In this document: positions 13,975-25,335 of the stretch, one piece after another
Numbering within the stretch: position 1 is the stretch's first letter
How the letters are laid out: every line of letters begins with the position of its first letter
DNA from: Carcharhinus amblyrhynchos
Taxonomy: Eukaryota
NCBI GenBank assembly: GCA_965287045.1
Contig: OZ336885.1
Location: forward strand, 22,444,001-22,508,000
Length of the DNA: 64,000 nucleotides
Direction: 5' to 3'
Position numbers and translations under genes: made by a program
The notes under the pieces: model-generated
Told to the model about the DNA's origin: nothing
Databases searched by the model: none
The model's input: only the letters and a program-made list of their open reading frames with translations

Positions 13975-14580
13975 TTAAAACAACAACAACTTGGAATTAT
14001 ATGCCACCTTTAGCATTGAAGCACCCTTGGAAGCTTTTGCAGAATAATTCTCGAGCAAAATTTGACAACAAGTCACATAAGCAGATATTAGGGCAGCTGA
14101 TATATAAGCTTTGTCAGAGAGGTTTTATCAGAGGCGATGGAGCGATTTAGGAGGCAAGGCCACCATTGTTGGAGCATTTAAAATCTGGTATGCATAGAAG
14201 GCCAGAGTTGGAGGAGGCAAAGCTTTTGAGGTATGCGGTTGAATGAGGTTACAGGCATCATTCCTTCTCATTTTTTGGAGTGTGCGGGTGATCTGTTTAA
14301 GTGTGCAGCCAATTTAAATGTTGTGCCTGGCTGTGCACATGTGATAACTTAAAAGGGAACTTTAAGGTTGTGGCCACACAGCTTGCAGGGAATGTTGGCT
14401 GCAGGGATAAGAAGTGGGTGAACCAGCGAAAGGACTTGAAGATAAGGATTTTAAAATGTAGGCGTTTCTGGGCTGGGAGCCGATGTGGGTGAAAGTGCAC
14501 AGGGGTAATGGGTGATCAGGACACAAGCAGCATAATTTTGGGCAAATTGAAGTTTGTTCTTAAGGTGGAGGGGGTGCCAA
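13975..14580 (-). mobile_element. Decayed L2 LINE 3' region
   Basis: Reverse complement has a (GTT)n tail and QKRLHFKILIFKSF. Related L2 ends at 3480-3700 and 7722-7930. Confidence 0.55.
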
Positions 14581-14589
14581 TTAAACAGG

Positions 14590-15170
14590 CTGCTTAGTCC
14601 TAGATGGCATCAAACTTCGTTGTTGGGTCTGCTCCCAAGCAAATGGAAGCTCCTGAAATGTGCCTTATAGAAGAAGGCGGAGAAGCACCGGGAAGTCAGG
14701 AAATAGATTACTCACCACAAAATTCCCAGCTCCTGACCTGCCCGTGTAGCTGGAGTATTTATATTAGTCCAGTTAGCTTTCTGGTCAATGTTTCTGAGGG
14801 GATTCAGTGATGATAATGCAATCAAATGGAAATGGTAAAATTGCCTCTCTCCTTGGAGATGGTCAGTCTCTGACATTTGGATGGGACATTGTTGCTTGCC
14901 ACTATCAGTCCAAGCTCGAACATTGTCAAGGCCTTGTTGCATGCCCTTCAGGATTTGGTCAATTTGGCCATTAGTGGGACTGTCAGGCCACTCTTAATAA
15001 TGGACAATATTTCCTATCCAGAGTGCATTCTGTGCCCTTGTTACCCTCGATGCTTATTCAAAGTGACGTTCAATGTAAAGGACTATCGATTCATTAACTT
15101 GTAGTGGGTGTTAATCAGGAGATTTCCTTCATACAACCTGTGGAAACGCTGTTGAGAACCCCCACGGCAC
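14590..15170 (-). mobile_element. Fragment of the same older CR1-group LINE family
   Basis: QQGLDNVRAWTD..., RAGQELGILW; similar to 52165-52330. Confidence 0.6.
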
Positions 15171-15233
15171 TCCGTCTCGACTGGTGACTGTGCCATCACC
15201 TCTGATGGTTTGTCCAGATTGCAAAATTTGGAT

Positions 15234-15295
15234 AAACCCATTAATTTGCATTTCCTGTCTGCAAACCCATTAATTTGCATTTCTTGTCTGTCAAA
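15234..15295. repeat. About 28-bp tandem duplication
   Basis: AAACCCATTAATTTGCATTTC(C/T)TGTCTG x2. Confidence 0.85.
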
Positions 15296-16097
15296 CTCCG
15301 TCTTCTGTGTCCCATTTCAAACAAAAATATGAAGAATTGCGGGGTGGGGGGCGGGGAGCTCTGAGTAAGACTTTTCAGAGACAGAATATCTGTGGCCTCT
15401 CACTTGACATCTGCACGAACTCAAGTTTCCTTAATATTAATTTGTAACTTTAACAGTTTGCTCCAGTTCCTAAACTTATAAATCAGCAAATCTTGATAAA
15501 TAAGAAAAAGAATTCTGAATTTCTTTCATCTGGAGCTTGAAACCTACTAATAACTTATTGAACTCCAGTTGGTCTCACCAATTCCATAACCAGGATTCCC
15601 AACAGGTAATATCTTAGCAGTGGCTTTGAAAGGGCAGGTCTGATTAATAGGGAAGTCTCACAAATCCGGACGACCAATGAACAATACCATAGGAGATCTG
15701 TTCATGATTGTTAAAGCGTTGTAATGGCTGCTACCTTTGACACCATAATGAGAGCAATTTCCTTGTGTGTTACAAAAATTACTGTAATACTTGATAAATG
15801 ATTTGTACAAGATAAATCTCTATGCAGTCACCTGAGCGAGGATGGTTCTCCTGTTCTAAAGCCAACATTCTAAAACATGGTAAATGCGATTGGAAAAGAT
15901 TCAGTCAAGAAAACAACATTATAAAAGGCATTCAGGGGAAGGTGTGCCAATCTTGCTCATTGATGAATTGATAGGATTTTTATTGTTGCCTGGCATTATT
16001 CCCAGGGGTCTCTGCCAATGAAGGGGTGGCCTTGTGGGCATGGGAACAGAAAAGATTTACAAGAATGATACTAGGGTCAGGAATGTCAGCTATCTGG

Positions 16098-16549
16098 GGA
16101 AACTGGGAAAGCTGAAGGTGCTATCCCATGAGCAGAGTAGATTAAAGGAGATTTAATAGAGATGTTCAAAAACATGAATGGTTTTTAATAAAGAGAAAGT
16201 ATTTATCTTGCAGAAGTATTGATAAAAGCAAATTGCTGCGGATGCTGGAATCTGACACCAAAAAAGAAAATGCTGGAAAATCGCAGCACGGTCTGGCAGT
16301 ATCTGTAAGGAGAGAAAAGAGCTGACGTTTTGAGTCCAGATGACCCTTTGATAACCAGACGACACTTTTTTTTGTAATTGGCAAAAAGGCAACACAATTT
16401 TCCCAGAGCTAGTTGTTACAATCTGGAATACTTTATCAATACTTTTGCAAGATAAATACTTTATTAAAACCATTCATGTTTTTGAACACCTATTAAATCT
16501 CTTTTAATCTACTCTGCTCATGGGATAGCATCTTCAGCTTTCCCAGTTT
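16098..16549. repeat. Inverted duplication (arms about 16098-16226 and 16432-16549) within a decayed CR1
   Basis: For example GCTATCCCATGAGCAGAGTAGATTAAA versus TTTAATCTACTCTGCTCATGGGATAGC. Confidence 0.9.
16223..16352 (-). mobile_element. Penelope-derived short repeat, hammerhead truncated at its 5' box
   Basis: Reverse complement: CAA-AGGGTC-ATCTG-GACTC-AAAA-CG-TC-AGCTCT, plus the same body. Confidence 0.65.
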
Positions 16550-19500
16550 ATCCAATCTGGAATAGACTGACTGAAAAAAGTGATGGAAGCAAATTTAATT
16601 TTAACATGCAATGAATAATTTAATCGATACGGGATTTGCGAGGTGATCGGGTATTGCTGAAATTTCAGACAATACAAGACTCATGAAGCCACTGTCTCAG
16701 TTTAAGGATGGATCTTTTGTTTGACTCGAGCCAATTGCACCATCTGGCGTAATGGTGTTTAATTAGTACGTAAAGTCTGGATGTATCTTCCCATTTTGGC
16801 TAACACAACATCCCGTATCTCTTAGTAACCAGACGCCTGGTGACTAAGTTCAACGTTGACCTTCCCATGTGCTCCCCTCCAGGTCACTATCAAGTCAAAC
16901 TGACACGTGATCCCGCATCTGGGCATGCATCCATTTTATCTGGACAGTGAATCAATCCTATTCATGAAGTTGTCCTTTAATGTTCCACCATTAGAAACTC
17001 CACTGATTTTAAAAACTTGCATATTTCCAAGGTTTCATTATTCCCTTTGGATGTAGTTTTGTCTTTTTACCCTCTATGATCATGTCTTTGGCCAAAGCGA
17101 GCAATGATTTGCATAAAAATACATTTATAAAGTAATTTAATACATTCAAAATATCAATATATATGTCTTAAATCATTATCACTTGTTTAAATTTCTTACT
17201 GTGTTTCATATGTATGCAGACTGCTCCCTTGTTAGCTTGTAAGTTTGATTTAAAATCATTAATCTTAGTGCTGGTAGTTCTGTCTTTGTCTTAATGTCTA
17301 ATGGTTTAAAACCTTTTCTAACCTATTAGTTTTTTTTCCCCTACAAATATTTAAAAGGGGACAATTTTATAATGTAATGGAGCTAATTGGCTAACTCCAC
17401 CAGCACAGGCAAGGAACAAAGATTGGAACCTTGAAAACCAATCAGCTGAAGTCATTCTCACTTTCGAACAACCAAATCCTTCGTCATATTTGATGGTGTC
17501 TTTGTAATAAATTTATTGTCATTCTCGGGATTAGTGTGTGTTTTAAAAAAAAGGCTGGGAGTTAAAAGGGGGTAGCAATTTAAATATGTTTTTAAAGGAA
17601 GACAAAATCTTTCAGCGTTTTAAACCAGCGCTGAAGTTCCTGAAATCTTGTAGCTCATGTTGAGAGCGGCAACAAACTCTCATTTTTGAGTCTGACTTTT
17701 TTCCATTAGCATAGGATCAATCCTTTCACTGAATTTTAGATCAAAAATTCGTCAACTTTGCACACAGGGCAAGACAGTATCTCATAAATTAAGCGCCAAA
17801 TTTACAGACAGGATGCGGATTAATTTAAATAGTCCTGATTTTTCCTTTCACTGCCTGTCTGTGAATAGTTAGGTATTTTTGGGTTTTGATTTCTGATTTC
17901 CCCTTTTAAAAGTGGTGGGGTATTTTTTTGGAACACTCCAGTTTGGAGCGTTCCAAGATTGAGACATGGTGAAATAAGAGGTTTGGTTGATTTTACACAT
18001 ACACAAAGTGCGGGAAAGGGGTTTTGCAACTTCTGTCCCTTCTGCATTTGTATGCTGGAAGAGGGATAAGGAAGTCAGGCAGACTGTGATAAAAATCAGA
18101 GTTATGGTTTCATCTGAGTCCAGAATGAAAAGTCCAATGTTGTTGCATTCTACCAGGTGCTGACTGTTGCTGGATGACCTGGCAAACCAGAGCGAGTCCT
18201 TCCACAGTGGGAGGAGGAGTGTAGTGTTGAATTAGTCTTGAAGGCAGAAATACAAAAATTCCAGTGTTCCAGTAGTTCATGTTATAGATGAGGCCTGGAC
18301 AGAGCTCTTTCTGCTGCTGTCTGCTTGATGGTAAAACAATAGACTGAGATAGGCTGTTTGCCTGGAGTCCTTCTGAGGTTAAATAGTGAGTTTTTTTCCA
18401 CACGACAATATTACAGGTTCTAACAGCTTGGAGAAGTACATGTGACTTACCTCCCACTTCTCTTGGGTGATGGAAAAAGGATACATTTCCCAGGTCTGGA
18501 ATCCCGAGGTTTCCTTTTGTCATTTGCAGACAAACCATTTCCAGGGGCCAGAATTCTTCAGGAGAAATGACAAGAGACTTTGCACAGTTCTGGAAAGGGG
18601 CATTAGGGTCGTCTTAATGTGTGTGTGTACGACATCAGAGAAGTCTTCTCTGATGTCGTACACACACACACACTATGTATGATCCTCCTTGTTCTCTGAC
18701 CAGGACACCAGTAACACTTCAGCACCACATCCAAAGTAAGCAAATTCAGAAATTTCTGTTCAGATGATCAATAGGGAAGACTTGCGTTTCTGTAACGACT
18801 TAAGCTTCTTTAACCTCTGGTATTGAGTTAGTTCCTTTGAAGAGTTACATTGACAAATACAGTAGCCATTAAATATATTCCACTAGCAACACTGAGGTGG
18901 ATGATCTCATTTATAGTGTTAGTTGAGGGAGGAATGTTAACCAGAATATCAGCAGGACTTTGTGCTTTTCTTTGAGCAGTGACATGGCACTTAAGCCATC
19001 AAGGTCAACAATGCCTGGGGCTCATCAGAAAGGTGACACCTTTGAAAGAATTGCATTAAAGTACTATAATGTTTTCCTGGATTATGCCGAAAGACTTGAT
19101 CCCCATCTGCTATCAGTAGAAAGGTGTTTGATGTCTTTTGTTCATTATTTTGCAACAACCTCAATTTTGCTTTCGTGGAGTATTTTATTCTCCAGAAATA
19201 CTGCTATAATGATTTTATCTGAAGAATCTGAGATTTCACTACTCAAAGATTAGAACATGTGCATTATTTTAGATTAAGTTGTTTAAATTTCCAGTTTATG
19301 TTTTTTATGTCTTTGTTATTTTGCTGTTTATGTTAAGGTAGTTACCACACTTTTTAAATTTCCAACCAAACAGCAGTGTATAATCAAGCTTGTTGCAGTA
19401 TCGTTTTGCCAGTATAATGATCTGAGGTGCCGAAAAGGTAGCCTAAGTTGACTTGCTCTTGTATGTTATTTGTCTCAAATTTTATTTTTCCCATATGGAG

Positions 19501-20113
19501 AGACATCTACCTGGCCTCTTTTTGATGTTTCGGCATGATTTTGCTCATCGTACGTGAAGGAACCAACTTCTAAAACTTCTGGACATGAGTCACTTGGTTC
19601 ACAATCCTGTCCAACCTCTGGTGCATATTCTTAATGAGTTACTGGGATGCATGTTAAGTGAAGATGGCTTTTACAAAGTCTGGTGTGCATGTACCTTTGA
19701 CAGAGGACTAGTATGATTTTCAGATCTAGATGTACATAATTTTGAATAAAATTGCCTTTGGTAAAAAATACATTTCTTCATGAGAACAGAATGGGAGCCT
19801 GAACATATTGGATTATCAGAGAATCATAGAATCTTTGGTCATAGCTAGCCCAAAGGCATTTAATAAATAAAGGTACACAAATGTAATGATTGTCATGTTT
19901 AGAAATGTTAATCTTTGTATTTAATTTGACTTTTAGGCCTAAAATTTCTCTACTCCTCCCATTTTGCTGAAGCAGCCTTAAACTCTGGATGCAACAGGTA
20001 TCTATCAACTGGAAGTGATCATAATACACAGACTGAAAACACAGGAAATACACTTGGTAGCGAGAAGGTGGGTAAAGCCCCATTTTTCTAGGGACTTGGC
20101 CTGTAAGGCTGCA

Positions 20114-20373
20114 ATGGCAGCTGTTGCCACTGATGACCTAAGTCAAATCACAATAACAAAACAGAAGGAAGATACGCAGAAGGTTTTAGAAGCCAAATGG
20201 AAAGGGAAGGAGTCAAAGCCAAGGAGAACCCTTGAGTGCCTGATCTGCGGAGCATTCTTCAGCAGTGTTGACAAACTTAAAGTCCATTCATACTCTCACA
20301 CAGGAGAGAGGCCCTACACGTGCTCACACCCGGAGTGCACTAAAGCCTTTGTGTCCAAGTATAAACTTCTCAG
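20114..20373 (+). CDS. PLAGL2: PLAG-family C2H2 zinc-finger protein PLAGL2, first coding exon (ZF1 and most of ZF2)
   Basis: ATG at 20114 (GCAATGG) reads MAAVATDDLS...CLICGAFFSSVDKLKVHSYSHTGERPYTCSHPECTKAFVSKYKLL(R). Donor AG|GTATGG follows 20373. The exon is 260 nt (phase 2), matching the phase of the next exon. Confidence 0.93.
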
Positions 20374-21641
20374 GTATGGGAAGCTGAATGGGAAAAGTGC
20401 CCTGAAACCTGTTTATCAAATGTATTTAATCCTTTGAGGACGCAACTTTCGATGCTAATTATGAATCTTTAGGTTTTTGAAATGGTTTCGAAAGAAATAT
20501 TGTAAACAAATTATCAAACTTAATTGCAATATTATCAAGCACTAGCAATACTTAGTTAGTAATAAATTCACACATCACTCACTTTTTTAAAGAATGTCGC
20601 AGAAATGCCACTGCAGTCCTCAAAGGATTAACTTAAGTATCTACACCTCCTTCAGGCTTAATGAGGATTCTTGCAAGCCATCTGCTAAAGACCACTCCAC
20701 TTCTGACCATTGCCTGCTCCAGCGATTTCCTGCATAAAGTGATGTCACACAATACAGCAAGGATATAATATGCTGTTTGGCTATCGTTACAAATTAAACC
20801 TTAAATTTATTTCCTGGCATCCATTGTGTAAAAGAAAACTTCAAAATGTGTGCCTTTCAAATTGTGCATAATGCACTGACTTGGAATCCAACAAGAAGCC
20901 ATACTGATTAGTCAACAGTGTATCATATCACAGAAATATTGGGCTTTATTCAGATCAATGTCTTGAAATTCCACTTCTTGTCTTGTATCTGTTAGCCACA
21001 TAGCATACACACTGAAAATATTTCAAACCAGAATGGCAGCATTCAATCTAATACAATTTATTTGTTGCTTTTATTCTTGTACCAGGTGATACTGGGATGC
21101 AAAATTCACAGCGAGTTTATTTCTGAGGTGGCAGAGGTGAAGGGCAGGGGAACATGTGAGTTGGAAAAAAGGCAACTTTGGTGCCACTTAAAATCGCGTT
21201 GCTATTATAACAAGGAGAGAAAACATGGCACAACAAAAGCCAGGATTCAGCAGTGTAGCATTGGTATGCCTGGAAATTGTAAACTGTGCAGTTGTCTTTG
21301 ATATTTTTAAGAGATCAGTGTTAGTTGCTGTCTTATTGGAGCCTCAGCCAAAGCTCCCTATCACTGACCATTTAAAATGGGATCTCACTTTCTGGGGATC
21401 TCAGAAGCTTTATTGTTAATGCAGGAGTGCAGTTACGACTTGGAATGTCAGGCAGTTCCACTCTCTACCAGCAGTTGTTACATTCCAGAAATCCAGGTGC
21501 TGTATGATTTGAACTGGAGCCTGACACACAACTATAAGCATTTATTTACAGTGATGCACATTACAAAGGTGCACCCAACAACCACAGGTTGTCTGGTGGT
21601 ATTTGCTGTGTTCCTACAATGTTCAGTTTCACTAAAGTAAA

Positions 21642-21880
21642 GTCATGCTGTTGAACTTTTTAAATTCATCAGGACAGAAGCAAGAATATCAAACAATAAA
21701 AAATGGGAGCAACAATTTATAATGCATGCAGACAGAATACTGATTGGCAAATCAAATCTAGTGTTGCTTTAGAGAGTGCATCAAGGAACCATTGGCCCAC
21801 ATGTTTTTGTTAAATTTGACCTCGGTGCATCATCTTTTTGTTTGAGGACTGGACCCTGCAAATGAATAATGTAGTTTGCT
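21642..21880 (-). mobile_element. Old Penelope-like 3' fragment (possible GIY-YIG ORF end and eroded hammerhead)
   Basis: Reverse complement reads ..IHLQGPVL.., then CTGTC-CTGATGA-ATTTAAAAAG-TTC-AACAG. Confidence 0.45.
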
Positions 21881-22809
21881 TACTCTCTATCAATAAAAAT
21901 TGGTCATTTGTACAACAAAAAATTCAAAATAAATGATATCAAAGGAATTAAGCCATTATCTGATGGGGAAAGCATTTGCAGGGTGAAGGGGAAAAGCCTT
22001 TCGACATTCAATGACATTACCATGGCTGAATCCTCTATTATCAATATGCTAGGGTTACCATTGACCAGGCATTGAGCTGGATGGGTAAAATATTGTGGCT
22101 AAAAGAGTGCATCAAAGCTAAGAATTTGATGCTAGGTAACTCTCTTCCTAAAAGCTGGTCTAGCCAGCGATCCCCATATCCCTAGAATGAATTTAAAAAA
22201 GGCTGGGGGAATAGTGACACTAGATAAATTGCTCCTTCAGAGGTTCAGCACAGAATGATAGCAGACTGGTCTCCTTCCGTGCTGTAACCATTTTGTCAAT
22301 AAATGTCATTATTTCAAGCCGTTGAAATGGTTACCTATTCCTAAATCCGTGACTATATTTGCTTTGACTCCATGCAGATTCCCAGATTCGGGGAAAGTTC
22401 CATTGGATTGGAAAATAGCAAATATAACTCTGTTATTCAAAAAGAGAGGGGGACAGAAAGCAGGCAAGTACCGGCCTGTTAACAGCTGTCATGGGGAAAA
22501 TGCTATAAGCCATTACTGAAGACATGTTGGCAAGATACTTAAAAAGATTCAAGAGACTCAGGCAAATGGTTTTGTAAAATGGAAGTTCTATTTAACCATT
22601 GGAGTTCTTTGAAGGAGTCACATGTTGTGAATAAAGGGGAATCAGTGAATGTACTATTCTTAGATTTCCAGAAAGCATTTGATAAGGTGCGGTGTCAAAG
22701 ACTATAGCAGAAAATAGAAGCTTATGGTATAGGGCTAACATATTGGCATGGATAGAAGATTGGCAAGCTAACAGGAGCAGAAAGTTAGCAAATTGGGTCT
22801 TTTCCAGGT

Positions 22810-23066
22810 GAGTCTTTACAGGTACAGACAGTGTGAGTGGAGAAAAGGATTATCCCCTTCATGACAGTTAAGACTCTCATTCCAACCATTATCTTGCAAC
22901 TGAGTCCCAGTCTATATATGCCATGTTTGTGAACCCAATTCTCCACTCACCTGATGAAAGAGCAGCGCTCTGAAAGCTCATGATACCAAATAAACCTGTT
23001 GGACTTTAACCTGGTGTGAGACTTCTCGGTGGCATCGCCCCAGTCCAACACCAGTATCTCCACATC
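22810..23066 (+). mobile_element. Penelope-like retroelement terminal (pLTR) fragment with a short inverted 5' segment
   Basis: Hammerhead core followed by AATAAA and a TGTTGGACT...AGTCCAACA hairpin. GAGTCTT at 22810 is the reverse complement of AAGACTC at 22870. Confidence 0.7.
22948..22982 (+). ncRNA. Minimal type-I hammerhead ribozyme motif (Penelope-associated)
   Basis: CAC-CTGATGA-A-AGAGC-AGC-GCTCT-GAAA-GC-TC-ATG: both core boxes, a perfect 5-bp stem II, palindromic AGCT stem III and UC cleavage site. Confidence 0.7.
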
Positions 23067-23739
23067 CTGGGTGTCCTAATGCGTGAATTTCAAGAGGCTA
23101 GTATACAGATATAGCAAGTAATTAGGAAACATAATAGAATTTTATCATTTATTGAAGGAAATTGAATACAAAAACATATAGGTTATACTTCAGTAACACA
23201 GAACACCGGTGAGACCACATTTGGAGCGCAGTGTACAGTTTTGGTTTCCTTTTTCGAGGAAGGATGTAAATTAATTAGAAGCAGTTCAGGAAAGGTTTAC
23301 TAAACTGAGGAATGGGTAAGTTGTCTTATGAGGAAAGGTTGGACAGGTGAGGCTTGTATCCACTGGAGGCAACTTGATTGATTAAAACATTTAAGATCTT
23401 GAATGGTCTTGCCAAGGTGGAGGTGGAAAGGATGCTTCCTCTTCGGTGAAGAATGTAAAACTAGGGACCACTGCTTAAAAGTAAAGGGTCGCCCACTTAA
23501 GACAGAGATGAGGAGAATTTCCTTCTGTGGGTAGAGTGTCTTTGGAACTCTGTTCCTCAAAAGGCGGTGGAAACAGCCTTTGAATATTTTTAAGGCAGAG
23601 GTAGATAGATTCTTGATAAACAAGGGGGTGAAAAAGTTATTACGGGTAGGCTGGAGGTTGCAATCTTATTGACTAGTGGAACGGGCTCGAGGGGCTTACT
23701 CCTCTTAGTTCTTATGTTGATCTATTAATCTCTCCCATC

Positions 23740-25335
23740 AGGCATCTGTCCCCTGCCACAGTGCTGAAACAGCCCTAACAAAAGTCACAAATTATATTAC
23801 ATCCTCTCTATAACTGTGGTGCGTTCTCCCTCCTCATCCCTATTAACCCCTTCCTAGACTTTGGTACTGTGGATCACATCGTCCTCCATTTCCAACTCTG
23901 TGGCACTGTCATTATTTGCTTTTGCTCTGATCGGACAGTCTTCATTAGTGGCTTTCCTTGTTGTCTCCACATTATCCTTTGGAGTTCTCAAGGATATGTC
24001 TTTGGACCCCTTCTATTTTGTAACCTACGTTCTGCCCTGTGGTGATAGCTTCCACAGTTACACCAACGTCATCAACTCTGTTTCTCCACCACTTCTCAAC
24101 CCATCGGATGTCTCAAGGCTGGGACAGTTCAGTCAACATTCCATCTTGCATAAGCTGCATGTTCCTTTGAATTAGATATTGACAAAACTAAAGGCATTGA
24201 CTTTGGTGTCCAAAACTCCATATCCTGGTATCTTATTTCTAGTCTTTTGGCAATCTCTCGTTAGTAGACTTCACAGTGGAGAACAACATGCTTCATTTGT
24301 ACAAAGCACTGGCCAGACCTCATCTGGAGTGTTACATTGATTTCCAGACACTAAACTTCCACGAGTATAAATTAGCCCAATAAGGGCCATAGATTTACAA
24401 AAATGAAATCAGGGATAAAAAGGTTAAATTATGAAATCGGGTAGTTCAAACTTAGTTTGGATTCTCCTGGGTTTGGAAAATTGAGGGTGATTACATTAAT
24501 ATAATTAAATAATAAAACAATTTGATGAAGCAGATGTGGAGAAGCTATTCCTTTAGTATGTGTGGGAGGAAAGAGGATGTGGTTCCAGTACAAGAGGCCA
24601 CAGTTTAAAATTAGAGAGAGACCATTTAGAGGTAGCCCATTCAGGAGTCAAGTTCAGAAGCACTTTTTCACACAAATGTAAATGTGATCCTGTCCCACAA
24701 AGCTGTGGATGCTGAGTCAATTGAAATGTTTAAGGCTGAATTGAACATTTTATTGTTTAGAGGCATGACGTAGATATAAGGAAATGGCAGAATAGACTTG
24801 AGATTTGTATCTGACTCTTGTCTTTCTTCCTGACCATTCCCTAAGTTTGCATCAGTCTGTTTGCCACCTTGGCTGAGCTCCAGTTCGCATATCCTATTAA
24901 GCACAGATTTGGTCTGTCTGCTCCTTTGTAGCATTGCCTCCCGCTGTCCATGTTTCAGCCATGTTCCTTCATCTTGAAGCCATTGCCTGTATCACCTTCA
25001 ATCTCTGCAATTTCAATGCCATCCTGGCTACACTCTCTAAACTCGAGCTCATCCAGAGCTCTTTCTTGTCCCAATCCAAGTATTACTTATCATCACTGTC
25101 ATGTATGGCTTCCATATTTACAGATAAAAACAGACATACACGGCCCCTGGCAGCCATTCCTCGAGCAGTTTTGGTTCGATGATTTGGAATTCTCTGACCT
25201 TATACCCCCCTCTCTCTCTTCTACTTTAAAACCTAGCTGACCAACCCTTTACCCACTCCTACTACCTCTTCCATTGGATCAGCATCTCTTTTTGTCTGAT
25301 TATATCTCTATAAAGCACCTTGGGCATTGTTGTTC
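23740..25335 (+). mobile_element. Decayed L2 LINE pieces with an inserted CR1 fragment (about 24290-24800)
   Basis: HSAETALTKVTN-like and GVLKDMSLDP (GVPQGS-derived) motifs; ends AAAGCACCTTGGGCA..TGTTGTT. Confidence 0.55.

Larger units (their letters stand above)
22375..23720 (+). mobile_element. Decayed CR1 LINE interrupted by a Penelope-like fragment
   Basis: PDSGKVPLDWKIANITLLFKK...KAGKYRPV and LDFQKAFDKV; CR1 3' UTR near 23480-23720. Confidence 0.85.

Noticed and set aside
1-19900. PLAGL2/POFUT1 promoter or first exon
   Set aside because: No CpG island or convincing exon is visible; probably upstream of the window.
20374-20437. ORF continuation YGKLNGKSALKPVYQMYLIL
   Set aside because: Read-through past the GT donor into the intron.
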